The notes under the pieces were generated by a model, which ran no database searches, had not been told where the DNA came from, and saw only the letters and a list, made by a program, of their open reading frames with translations. The translations under genes were made by a program, and so were the position numbers. From Marsupella aquatica (taxonomy: Eukaryota; Plantae; Marchantiophyta): 64,000 nt of DNA. Location: contig OZ316891.1 in NCBI GenBank assembly GCA_973895155.1, positions 13,671,037-13,735,036 of the forward strand, read 5' to 3'. Every line of letters begins with the position of its first letter. Within the stretch, counting starts at the first letter, position 1. This document shows positions 1 through 10,703 of this stretch, piece by piece.

Positions 1-1623
1 CTCCTTACTCCAGCTAGATACAGACAAGATTTTGTGGCTATTGCTTGGGAACATATACAACTTCGTAGTATTTTCCCTTTGCAATATTTTTCCGTTGGAG
101 CTTCTCCCATTCCTTTTCTCGAATGGTGGGGTCTGGATTTGGAATAGGTTGAGATTATAATTTGTGCTTCGCTGATCAGGCTTTATTGCACGAAGCAGAC
201 TTGCAATGTTCGACTGAAGCTTTTGGAGCTTATGCGACTGAAAAGGAAACGTACTGGGGAGCGCACTGATGGAGCTATGGCAGCGAAGCACGAGGATTTG
301 AGAGCTTGCAAGACAGTTGAGCAATGGGGACTGCTAAATGCAATCGATTTGGATTCGCGTCTACGGGAGATGGTTTACTTTGGTGCAGGCTAGGGATTAT
401 GACCTTTTGTTGTGTTGCCGCCTGAATCTTTGGACTGTATCTTGTTACGAACTGAGCATTGAGCTTCAATTGGTGGCTCAACTGAGCTTTTGTAGTGCGG
501 AGCTTGTGAGACCTGAGAACACGTTGGAGTTGTCCTTTGGCTAAGGTTTAATGCTAGAGGTTCAATTTGTGCGCTCCTTGAGAGAGTCCTCGCAGGGGGC
601 TGAGCTGAACTGAGTTGGAGAGGAGGCAATGGAGTTTGTATTAGATTGCTTGGAAGAAAAGGTTGGGTGCGAGGAAAGTCGTCGCCAACCCATTGTCTGA
701 CAATTCAATGTACTATGGCGGCATGGTGTTCACATGGTGATCAGCTTCTTATGAGTGCATTGACGTTGGATTTGATCAAGTTTCGGTTGAGATTTGCTCG
801 GAGCAGTACTTAATCAAGTGTTGAGATCGATGGGCTTACTAAGGAGAGAAGGAAATGCTATTTGAGTGTCATATTCATTGAAGAAATGCAACTCAAAGGA
901 GACACAATGAATTACCTCTACTTGTCTGCAACAACACACAAACCCTGTGAATTCAATGGACGATTGGGTCCCTTTCCTGTGGTTCCCCTTTCCCGTCCCT
1001 TCACTTCGATTCGATTCGCTTCTCAAAAAAGAGTCTCCAATGCACACATTCCTTGTTCGCTTCTTTAGATTGTAAATAATTGGCCAACATTTTGGTCCCT
1101 CTAACTTGTAAACTGCATTCTTTCATTTTTTCAGTCATCAGTGGCAGCGGGTGCTTCTCCTGGATATGAAATTACAAAATGCAAGGTTTTGTGTGAAGCA
1201 TTCTCATCTCCATTTCATGGAGATGCCAGAGCGCTGAAACAGCAGAGGCCGTGGCCATAGGAAGATTTTTCCCTCTCTAGTCGCCCAGCTCACCACTGCA
1301 CTTAAGCCTCAACCATTTGCGATCATTGATGAGAACAAGACCTGGGACTTGAATGCTCCTGCGAACTTTAGTCCAAAGTCCTTCATCATCAACAGTTGAA
1401 GCTCTCCAGTGGGGATCGAAAGAAAGCTCTAAGCCAGTTAGAGCATCAAAGGTCATGTCAAGCGGAAAAGCATACATCTGATCAGCAAGCCCCGACCCCA
1501 AATAATTGGCAACCTGGTCCAACGATTCGAAACAACCTGATTGGTAGGCAACCTCCCCCAAGAAGCTCAAACAGAAATGCTTCTAAAAATTCAAATCGGG
1601 ATTCCAGTGAGCAGATCGAATCC

Positions 1624-1822
1624 AAAGTGGAATCAAAGAATGTATGACGTAAAGAGTGGAATCAAAGAATGTATCACGTAAAGTCATTGGTCGGATTGAA
1701 TCAGTTGAAAAACAGAACATTGTTGGCTTGAAAGTACAACTCAAACAAGTAAAGTCATTGGTCGGATTGAATCATGTCAAAAACAGAACATTTTTGGCTT
1801 GAAAGTAGAACTCAAACAAGTA
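1624..1822. repeat. Two adjacent short tandem duplications (about 30 bp x2 and 71 bp x2)
   Basis: agtggaatcaaagaatgtat(g/c)acgtaa occurs twice; aagtcattggtcggattgaatca...ctcaaacaagta occurs at about 1681 and 1752. Confidence 0.85.
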
Positions 1823-3046
1823 GGAAACATAAAAGCGAATTTAACCAGAAGTATAGCAGCTAAGTGAACTATGTGCTGAAGAGCTGTGTCGATGTGCTGC
1901 AGATCCAAGTCAGAGCTAATGATGTTCTGAAGGATCAAATTTCAAGAGCGAAGTTCCACTAGAGCCATGATGTGCTGAAGGATTGAATCTCAAACGAGCA
2001 GGAATTTCTAGACTCTACATCGTGAATCAAATTGAGGTACTCTCACTATGTCTCCACCGTTGCATAATCTGCACCAAAGGCCTGGCTATGAGAACAATTA
2101 CGTTGCAATGTCTTGAAGGTTTTAAAAACTGCCGAAGGACCCCGCCACAAGAAGATGTCCAGTAGTTGTCCACTTCTAGGGGAGTGAATTAACTTTTAAC
2201 AAAAGTTAAGTTCCATATTTTTTGGCACTTCACCTTCTGGTTGAGTACTTACAACGAACTGATAGTAACTACTGTAGTGGTTGTTACGAAATAATTACCA
2301 CGTTCTAACTAAGCTGGACACTTCAACCTTGAGGAACACTGCCCCGACTTATCTTCTCCTTTAACAACATAGTTAAAGAAACGTTACGTGTGAAAACGTT
2401 TACATTGGGTAGGGTGCGTTTCTAATACGGCATTATGGTCAGTTTTAGTCCCTCGAAACTTCAGCTGGAAAAAAGGTAAAACGGCAGGGATCTACAGGAG
2501 ACATATAGTGGCGGCTGCATGGTACCAGGCTGGTTGACCGTGGAGCAACAGTAAGGTCACTACTACACTAGGGCTGCATGGTTTCAGGCTAGAACTCTAT
2601 AGGAGCTAGAGGATAGTGTCCCTGCATTGTATAGGGCTGGTTGACTGCGGAACTAGATCTGTAGGGCCTAGAGGGCTGGGTTGCAAGGCTAATAAAGGCC
2701 CAACAAATCCCTTTTAAATTCAGGGGCCTTGTAGGAGGGTTTGTTTCCCTGTAGGGCCCATCAATCATCTCTTTTTCTCTCTAAAGAGTACTCGACAAAT
2801 ATGACTCTTCTGCGTAATAATACGAGTCTTTCCCCCTTTGCAGGCACGCGACGCAGCCAGTCATCACCCCAACCACCCAAAAACTGGTCAAATGGACAGC
2901 AATCCTTTCGGGGCTTCTCGCGCCTGATTTTGGGGACGGTCGAAGAATTCGTCGAGGACTTTCTCTCTTCTGTTTTGTGTTGACAGCCTCAGGTCCTATC
3001 TGATCTCTAGGTGCTGCAAGTCGGCGAGCTGGGCTGTCATGTGAAA

Positions 3047-4035
3047 ATGACAGGGTCGGGAGTGCGGAGTCTTGGCTTCATGCCCGAGCTGTCGATCTTG
3101 GAGGCGTCCCGATCGATTAGAAGGTCCCTCATCTCTGGAGAAGATCCCCTAACTTTGAGCACGAGGACAGTCTCTACCCCGAGGAGCTGCCGGTGTTGTC
3201 CCCGCTGAGCGGAAGAAAATCGACCACCCCCACAACGCCGCCATGTCGTCACGAAGCAAAAGCGCAGGAGATGACCATGGTCTTCAATAATGGATCTCTG
3301 AACTCGGTTGCTGCGCATGCTTTTTTTTAGTGGCAGTACTGATAGCGATAGTTTTGGGCATCCAAGACCTCTCAAACGAATGGAACACAAGTCCTTTAAG
3401 CTGCTCGAGCGTCCCTTTGCCCAGCACCTCTCCTCTGCAGGGCAATCATTGTTTTCTTCCGTTGAGCATGACACCCAAGATGATAGGTTTGGGGTGGATG
3501 ATGACACGGATGGAGGATGAACAAGAGGAGGATCAGAAGTGTTGGAGCAGGACTAGGCATTGGAAGTACAGACCGTCCGAACGCCACTTTCCACCGTCTC
3601 CTTCTCTCACTCGAGGCTAGAAATTTATAAATCTTTGCATGCTCGCTGTACCGCCGGGAAGAAGTGGGAGAACCTCACAGAAATGACTCAATATCAGAAA
3701 ACAATGATGGCCCGTGTAAGTATTTGGTGTACTTGCAAGGCTGGGAAGGGCTGGGGAACAGCTTTTTGAGCTTAGTCACAGCTCTTACTTACGCTTTGAT
3801 GACAGATCGAGTGCTGCTTTATGATACAAGGAGGAATATGCACAGGTTGATCTGTGAGCCATTCCAGGGTTCGTCCTGGACTCTGCCCACGACGTTTCCT
3901 TTCGAGAAGGTCGGTGAGCTGCCTTCGCCGGATGACATTGTGGACCAAGAGCTGGAGAGAGTGGCCGCTGTGAGGCTGAATCTTCGCCATGAACAGTCTG
4001 ACCAGGACCAAAGGTTTTTCTGCGCTGATGTGCGG
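3047..4035 (+). pseudogene. Truncated, frameshifted copy of the GT37 (xyloglucan-type) fucosyltransferase at 8775-10587
   Basis: Nucleotide-level similarity of about 2880-4035 to about 8600-9760. The same peptides (MTGS..RSIRRSLISG, CWSRTRHWKYRPSERHFPPSP, GLGNSFLSLVTALTYALMTDRVLL) lie in several frames, with indels near 3181, 3505 and 3616 and an early stop at 3206-3208. Homology ends abruptly after FFCADV. Confidence 0.9.
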
Positions 4036-4069
4036 AAGAGTCAAAAAATGTTTTGTCGATGGGAGAGAC

Positions 4070-4300
4070 CAAACTTTGTAGCACTAGCCAGGTTCACCAT
4101 AATTAGTACCTTTAGTACCATTTTACTGAAATTGTGGAGCGAAATGACACGGGAGAGGAGAAGAATGAGTGGATAGTGAAAAAGTGCTTTTTCCTGAAAT
4201 TGTGGAGCAAAATGACACGGGACCTAAGAATGAGTGGATAGTGAAAAAGTGAGAAGTCTTGGACATGCCCTCTTTTATATGGTAGTGGCGGTTTAAATCA
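4070..4300 (+). mobile_element. Dispersed repeat (probable non-autonomous TE fragment) abutting the pseudogene breakpoint
   Basis: Motif string ctgaaattgtggagc...aagaatgag...aaaagtgagaagtcttggaca is internally duplicated here. It recurs at about 60420-60580 (same strand) and about 49828-49945 (reverse strand). Confidence 0.6.
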
Positions 4301-4470
4301 ATGTAACCAATTAAAAACCTCCTGGGGTTGGTTGTGGGAAAACCTTTGGTTTGAATTGAGGGTCCTGAGTAGATGTCTCCAAGATACTCTGTGCTTGATT
4401 GCAAATTCAGGTCTGCCTTAAGAGGGCAATTGATTGCTCTTGCTCCAATTGCCTTATTATGATGCACACA

Positions 4471-4685
4471 AGCCCTATGTCCGTGCATTGCACAACGAAA
4501 GTTAGGCCGGCCCATAGGAAGTTGGGCTGGGGTATTTACAGGGTCACGTTGGGAAGCACATATGCACCAGGGGTGCGCATTTCCGCCATCAATGGTCAGG
4601 GAAAACATCCAAACGAATTCTACGGCTATGGATCTTTCCCGCCCAGGAGCTTTTTTTGTATTGGGACAAAGGACGAAAAAAACAC
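4471..4685 (+). repeat. Dispersed repeat, second copy at about 7953-8170
   Basis: Shared blocks agccctatgtc...catagg(a/g)agttgggctgggg...atctttcccgccca...aaggac(g/a)aaaaaa at both sites. Confidence 0.65.
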
Positions 4686-5743
4686 ATGATCCCTTATTAT
4701 AGTTGTAGATGGTGAAATCAAGAGATGGATTGGACCTGCTTATGTGCTTCAAGAATTTAACTGCTCTAGGAAGTTAAAACCTTAAACCTCCATCACATGA
4801 ATCCGGGCCAATATATTAGGGCGTGTCAAAGTTCTCCCGTAAGCAGAGTCTTACAGCTGTGGATGTTTGGACGTAAAATGCTCATGGGGTATGTATTTTG
4901 GTCTCCTGTAGTGATTTCATTTGTGGCCATAAAAGCAATTTATGTCCTGATTTGTAACTGAGTTACAGGCCTGCTTGACACACCCTACTGTGTTATTTGC
5001 TTGGACATAAATATCAAACTGGTGATGAGAAAATTGGACCAAAGATAATCCAAATGAAAGATAATGCACTTGATTGACAGGTAGACTCAACCCTCAAATC
5101 TGGTGCATTATCTTTGGTTTGGATTCTGCCATCTAGAGAATAATTCCACAGTCAACCAGCCTAGTACCATGCAGCCAGGTTGCCCTTGCTAGCCTAATTT
5201 TAAAGGTACTGCTTTTCTTTTTTCCCCAAAGTGGCTAATGTTACCTGGTGTGAAGTAGAATGTTTTAAGAATAATTCCTGATATACTTTTCTTAGATTAA
5301 TTTCTGACCATAAGATCTCCCTATATTTATACAGAACCTCAGATTCTGGCAAATGGGGTCTAACTTGGCTAGGTGGGAAAGTAGACGAGTAGACAGCCAA
5401 ATACTGGCTAATTTTAGCAAAAAGTGGCTAGTAGTTTTTACTTGGGTTGTGGATTGGAATCTTGCACAGGCGGCCAATCAATTTTCTGGGGGGACCGAGG
5501 GCAACTTTGAGACAACTTACTGCAGCGCCACTACACATATGCCAGGAAAATTAACCTTGGGGTTTTTTTTGGTTTGAGACGGGTCACAACACCCTGGACA
5601 AGACTGGCCCGCAGGTTCACTCAGCATCAGTAGGGTGCTAACACATTTGTGTTGGACCAGTGCCCTAGCTGTACAAGTTAGTGGCAAAAAATCAGAGGGG
5701 GGTCACTTTCACGGAAGTGGCACATCACGTGCGACAAAATATA

Positions 5744-6087
5744 TGTTGAGCATAGACGACATTCGTAACGGCAAGCCCATGAACCATCCAACGCACAATA
5801 GTCGACATAGAGAGATACGTGATTCACCTCCACATGAGGCTACGTCCACGGGAACACACAAGAGCTTTACTACACTCTAGGCCGACCGGCCATACCAAGC
5901 ATCCACAATACAAGCTCTCCCTATCTCTCAACTAGCTCTGTAACAATGAGTCTAAGTCCCACCAGGGTCTGGCATAAGCCCTGGCTATATGCACAACAGC
6001 ACTACCGCTAACATTAGCTAAGTTCTGACCCGAGTTAGACTAACTGTGGTTAGCTCATGAGTCACAAGACTAGAGCAATATCTAACA
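5744..6087. mobile_element. Solo LTR (344 bp) with perfect 5-bp target-site duplication
   Basis: Begins TGTTG and ends TAACA; flanked by ATATA at 5739-5743 and 6088-6092. Shares blocks ggctacgtccac, agctttacta, ttagactaact and cacaagacta with the element at 6876-7134. Confidence 0.8.
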
Positions 6088-6875
6088 ATATAGGCCCATT
6101 TAAATGGATGTGGCGGAATACTTCCAAGGTTTGGTGGAAGAACACATAGGACATGTTTTATTGACTGGTCGACTTTAAAGAACACATAGGCCTATTTCAT
6201 TGTAAAAAATATTTTCTTTAAAGTTTTTAGGGGTTTTTTAGTAAAAAATGACAAAATTTAAAGAAAGAAAGGGTTTTGCAAAAACTATTTGTCACTTCTA
6301 AGTTAGGGGGGTCAAACCCTAAAACGTCGCACGCGATGTATGACCCTCCATCTAGTGACCCCCTCGAGAAAAGATCCCATGACCCACCCATAGCATTTTG
6401 AGGACAGAAAACCATTGGGGATCGAAGGGCTACTTTGAAACGCCCCAGTGCAACCCAAAAAAAATTGTCACCTCCTCTTTTTCCAGGATGCAAGGGAGCC
6501 TCTAGGATGCCATGGCAATGTTGCAATGTGTTGACGCAAATGACGGAAAGGAGCCAATTTTTTTAAGTGCATAAAGTTTGCCAAATTCCACCCCACTAGA
6601 AAGCATTAATCACTTTTGGCAAAAAATAACCAGTGCTTGTTTCTACTCTCCCAGCTAATCACATACCCCATTTGCCAAATTCTGACAGTTCTCCTTAAAT
6701 CTGCAACATCTAATGCTCAAAATTTAATCTTAAAAAAAGCATGTAAGGAATATTTTTAGAATCTTCTAGTTTGCACATGGCTTATCTCTTAATTCTATTT
6801 ATAGAAGGAAAACCGGAGGAAAACCTTTAAAATATAGGCTGGTAGGGACACTAGGGGCTACGTGGTACCAGGTTG

Positions 6876-7134
6876 TGTTGAGAATTCTGACAACAACACA
6901 CACACCAGAAATCAACAAGCATGCACACATTTACATCATGGATACAATCATGGTTCACCTTTGTCAAGGCTACGTCCACCAAAATATAGAAGCTTTACTA
7001 AGCTTTGGTCACAATAGCCACACCAGACCTTCAAGTACAAGCTCCAAGATTGGTAGACTAGCTCCTAGAATGTCCCCAATGTCAATTAGACTAACTAAGA
7101 CAGGTTAACACAAGACTAAGAGTCCACCCTAACA
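6876..7134. mobile_element. Solo LTR (259 bp), related to 5744-6087
   Basis: TGTTG...TAACA termini; flanks GGTTG/GGCTG (1-mismatch TSD). It interrupts the motif ggtaccaggctggttga, which is intact at about 2521 and 7187. Confidence 0.75.
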
Positions 7135-7651
7135 GGCTGGTTGAACATGGAGCAAAAGACTGGTAGCTAGGGGCACTAGGGGTCCATGGTACCAGGCTGG
7201 TTGACCCTGGAAGCCTGTAGGGGCTGGGGTTGCAAGACTAGGGCCCAACAAATCTCCATGTGTCTTTTTCTCTCCAAGTGTAATCGATGAAAATGGCTTT
7301 ATTGCCTAATAAGAGTCATGATGCCTGGAGACTTCTCGTTTGTAGTCGGGGCTACTGACTCCATCATATCATGGTCGAAACCACAGCCGGGATGTGGTTT
7401 TCAGGCACACATAACCAGGGGGGGTGAACTTTGAGAGGGCTTGTAACAAGTAGGCCTGCCATGCGGGGAAAAGCCCGGGAAAAAAGGTGTGGTCACCAAC
7501 TAGGTTTTAGTGCACATTGTAAGTTTCCATCCCACACTGCAAAGTCATCACCCAACTGAAAGCCAGCATCTCTTACCATTTGAGACACCCTATTAATTTG
7601 CATGTTTCCAGAGCACAAGGTCTGTCCTCTCTTTGGACCTCTCTTGGATGC

Positions 7652-7790
7652 GTATGCTTTTGGCTTTCAAGGGGAAAAAACACCAACATGAAGATTGAAT
7701 GGGTATGCTTTTGGCTTTCAAGGGGAAAAAACACCAACATGAAGATTGGATGTGTATTCTTTTGGCTTTCGAGCGGAAAACAACCCAACA
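7652..7790. repeat. 51-bp tandem repeat, about 2.7 copies
   Basis: gtatgcttttggctttcaaggggaaaaaacaccaacatgaagattg at 7652 and 7703, degenerate third copy; explains the repeated 17-aa peptides in the ORF track. Confidence 0.9.
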
Positions 7791-8774
7791 TGCGGAAAAA
7801 CAACCCAACATGCCCAATGGGTAATCACACATCAAAATGTGTAAATATACGGTGTGCATTCATTGGTTCAAAACTAATAATGAGGTTTATCATGGTATGT
7901 GGTGAATCAAAGTAATGAGGTTTCTCATGGTATGGAGATATGTTATTATACTAGCCCTATGTCACTCCATTGTGCAAGGAGGGTCGGTGCATAGGGAGTT
8001 GGGCTGGGGGCATTTATGGGCCAGCGGGTGCATTTATGGGCCAGCTCATATGTGGTAGAGGTGCACATTTTTTTAATCAATGATGAGGGAAAACAATCAA
8101 TTGAATCCAACCGTTGTATATCTTTCCCGCCCAAACCTTTTTTTGTGTTGCAACCAAGGACAAAAAAAGACTAGATGGCTGTAGATTCTGATGTGCAGTT
8201 ACCGAGACCCCGAACATGAAGGTCGGGTCAGCGCAGAAGGTTGTGGGCCGTAGTGACCTATGCACGCATACCGCCGATACACTACAGTGCATCCTTGTCT
8301 GCCATCATTGAAAGAGCGACTTTGCTTGGAGAATTGCGCGGAATAATAATAGACGACCATGGGTGCCCGAGCCCCAATGAGGCGGATGCACATAACCACA
8401 CAGAATTCCCAGAACCGTAAGCGATCGGCGTGGAAATCTCTTGACGCAAGAGCGGCGCGGCGTGGTGGCAGCTCGCTGTAGCGTAGTGGGTAATGAGGAA
8501 CAGCTGACATGGCCGAGTGTGAAGGGAAAGAGAGTACAGAGTTGTGTGACGAGAAAGAGACGAGAAAGAGAGGCCGGACTTCGATGGACATGTCAACAAA
8601 GGACCCAAAAACTGGTGAAATGGAGAGGAATCCTTTTTGGGCTTCTATCGCCTGTTGTCGGCGACAGTCGAAGAATTCGTCGAGAACTCTCTCCCTTCTG
8701 ATTTGTGTTGACATCCTCAGGTCCTATCCGATCTCTAGGTGCTGCAGTTTGGCGAGCTGGGCTGGGATGCGAGA

Positions 8775-10587
8775 ATGACAGGGTCGAATGTTCGGAGTGC
8801 AGGCTTCATTCCCAAGCTGTCGATCTTGGAGGCGTCCCGATCGATTAGAAGGTCTCTCATCTCTGGAGGAGATTCCCCTTCGAGCACGAGGACAGTCTCT
8901 ACTCCGGTAGAGCTGCCGGTGTTGTCCCCGTTGAGCGGAAGAAAATCGACCACTCCCACAAAGCCGCGATTGTCGTCACGAAGCAAAAGCGCAGGAGATG
9001 ACCATGGTTTTCAACGGAGCTCTGCACTCAGTTGGTGCGCATGCCTTTTAATGGTGGCAATAGTGGTAGCGATAGTTTTGGGCATCCAACACCTCTCTAA
9101 CGAATGGAACACAAGCTCTTTAAGCTGCTCGAGCGTCCCTTTGTCCAGCACCTCTCTTCACGATTCAGGGCAATCATTGCTGTCTTCCGTTGAGCATCGG
9201 ACCCAAGATAGTAGATTTGGGGGGGGATGATGAGATGGGGGATGAACAAGAGGAGGATGAGAAGTGTTGGAGCAGGACGAGGCATTGGAAGTACAGACCG
9301 TCCGAACGCCACTTTCCACCGTCCCCTTCTCTCACTCGAACGCTAGAAAATTATGAATCTTTGCATTCTCGCTGTACAGCCGGGAAGAAGTGGGAGGATC
9401 TCACCGAATTGACTCAATCAGAAAACAATGATGGCTCTTGTAAATATTTGGTGTATTTGGAAGGCCCGGAAGGGCTGGGGAACAGAATTTTGAGCTTAGT
9501 TACAGCTCTTACTTACGCTTTGATGACAGATCGAGTGCTGCTCTTGGATACAAGGAGGAATATGCACAGGTTGATCTGTGAGCCATTCCAGGGGTCGTCC
9601 TGGACTCTGCCCACGACGTTTCCTTTCGAGAAGGTCGATGAGCTGCCCTCTCTGGATGACATTGTGGACCAAGAGCTGGAGAGAGTGGCCGCTGTGAGGC
9701 TGAATCTTCGCCATGTACAGTCCGACCAGGACCAAAGGTTTTTCTGCGCTGATGTGCAGGAACGGTTGGGCAGAGTGGCGTTGATTGGGTGGAAAAGTAA
9801 CCAGTATTTTGTGCCCCGTTTGTTCACCATGCCTCAATTTTGGGAGAAATTAAATCGCCTCTTTCACGACCCATCAGTGGTGTTCACGCAGCTAAGTAGG
9901 ATTCTGCTTCTCCCCCAGAATTCAATCTGGGTCAAGATTGAGCGCATCTATAGGGCTTACCTAACCACATCTAAGAAGCTCGTCGGCATTCAAGTGCGTT
10001 CGCCTCGCTTCAACTCTTTTGAGCGGACAATTTTCGACCGGGTAGTGAATTGTGTTACGGATGATGATCGCATTATACCCAGGATCAGCGACAAACCTCT
10101 CGCTCTCGACGCTGGTTCCAGTCCAGAGGAGGGAATAGCCATATTCGTATCATCACTCCAAAGGGAGTACTATGAACAGCTGAAGGAAGATTATGCTGAA
10201 CGAGGGGCTGTGGATGGTACTCTGGTGACTGTTCACACTATGGCTGCGGAGGGTCAGGAAAATATATTGTATGATCAATCGGTGAAGGCTTTCATTGACA
10301 TGTTCCTTCTCAGCTTCTCTGATTTACTTGCCACCAGCGGGTGGTCGACCTTTGGGTACGTTGCTCAAGGCATTGGTGCAATCTACCCTTGTATTATAAA
10401 CACGGACCCGGAGCAGCCTGAATCTTGCATCCACGGCCAGTCTATGGAGCCCTGTACACACTACCCATTCCTCTCTAGCTGCCCAGCTACGAGCATGAAC
10501 GACAGTTCGGAGCACGGGAAATGGATCGAGAAGCATCTCCGACCTTGTCAAGATCAACCTGCAGGCATCCAGCTCGTTTCTAGTTAG
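8775..10587 (+). CDS. GT37 alpha-1,2-fucosyltransferase (xyloglucan/AGP FUT family), type II Golgi membrane protein; reading frame broken by +1 in the G8 run at 9219-9226
   Basis: N-terminal ORF (ATG 8775) with TM segment CACLLMVAIVVAIVLGI. Catalytic ORF 9190-10587 has GLGNRILSLVTALTYALMTDRVLL, LICEPF..SSW.LP..FP, VGIQVR, DMFLLSFSDLLATSGWSTFGYVAQG and SMEPC.H. Removing one G joins the two frames. Confidence 0.9.
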
Positions 10588-10703
10588 TGCGACCACTTCC
10601 CTGCAAGTTTTTCCAAGTTTTGGATGGGCCACCCGCATCCAGCTCGTTTCTAGTTAGTGCGACCACTTCCCTGCAAGTTTTTCCAAGTTTTGGATGGGCC
10701 ACC
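10565..10703. repeat. 70-bp tandem duplication spanning the FUT stop codon
   Basis: gcatccagctcgtttctagttagtgcgaccacttccctgcaagtttttccaagttttggatgggccacc at 10565 and 10635. Confidence 0.95.

Noticed and set aside
1-1620. Possible retroelement or gene remnant (several short ORFs on both strands)
   Set aside because: No gag, RT, integrase or other recognisable motif; frames are stop-interrupted.
4123-4752. 209-aa minus-strand ORF
   Set aside because: Overlaps dispersed non-coding repeats found elsewhere in the window; non-ATG start and no motif.
7573-7915. Overlapping ORFs with repeated 17-aa peptides
   Set aside because: Artefact of the 51-bp tandem repeat.
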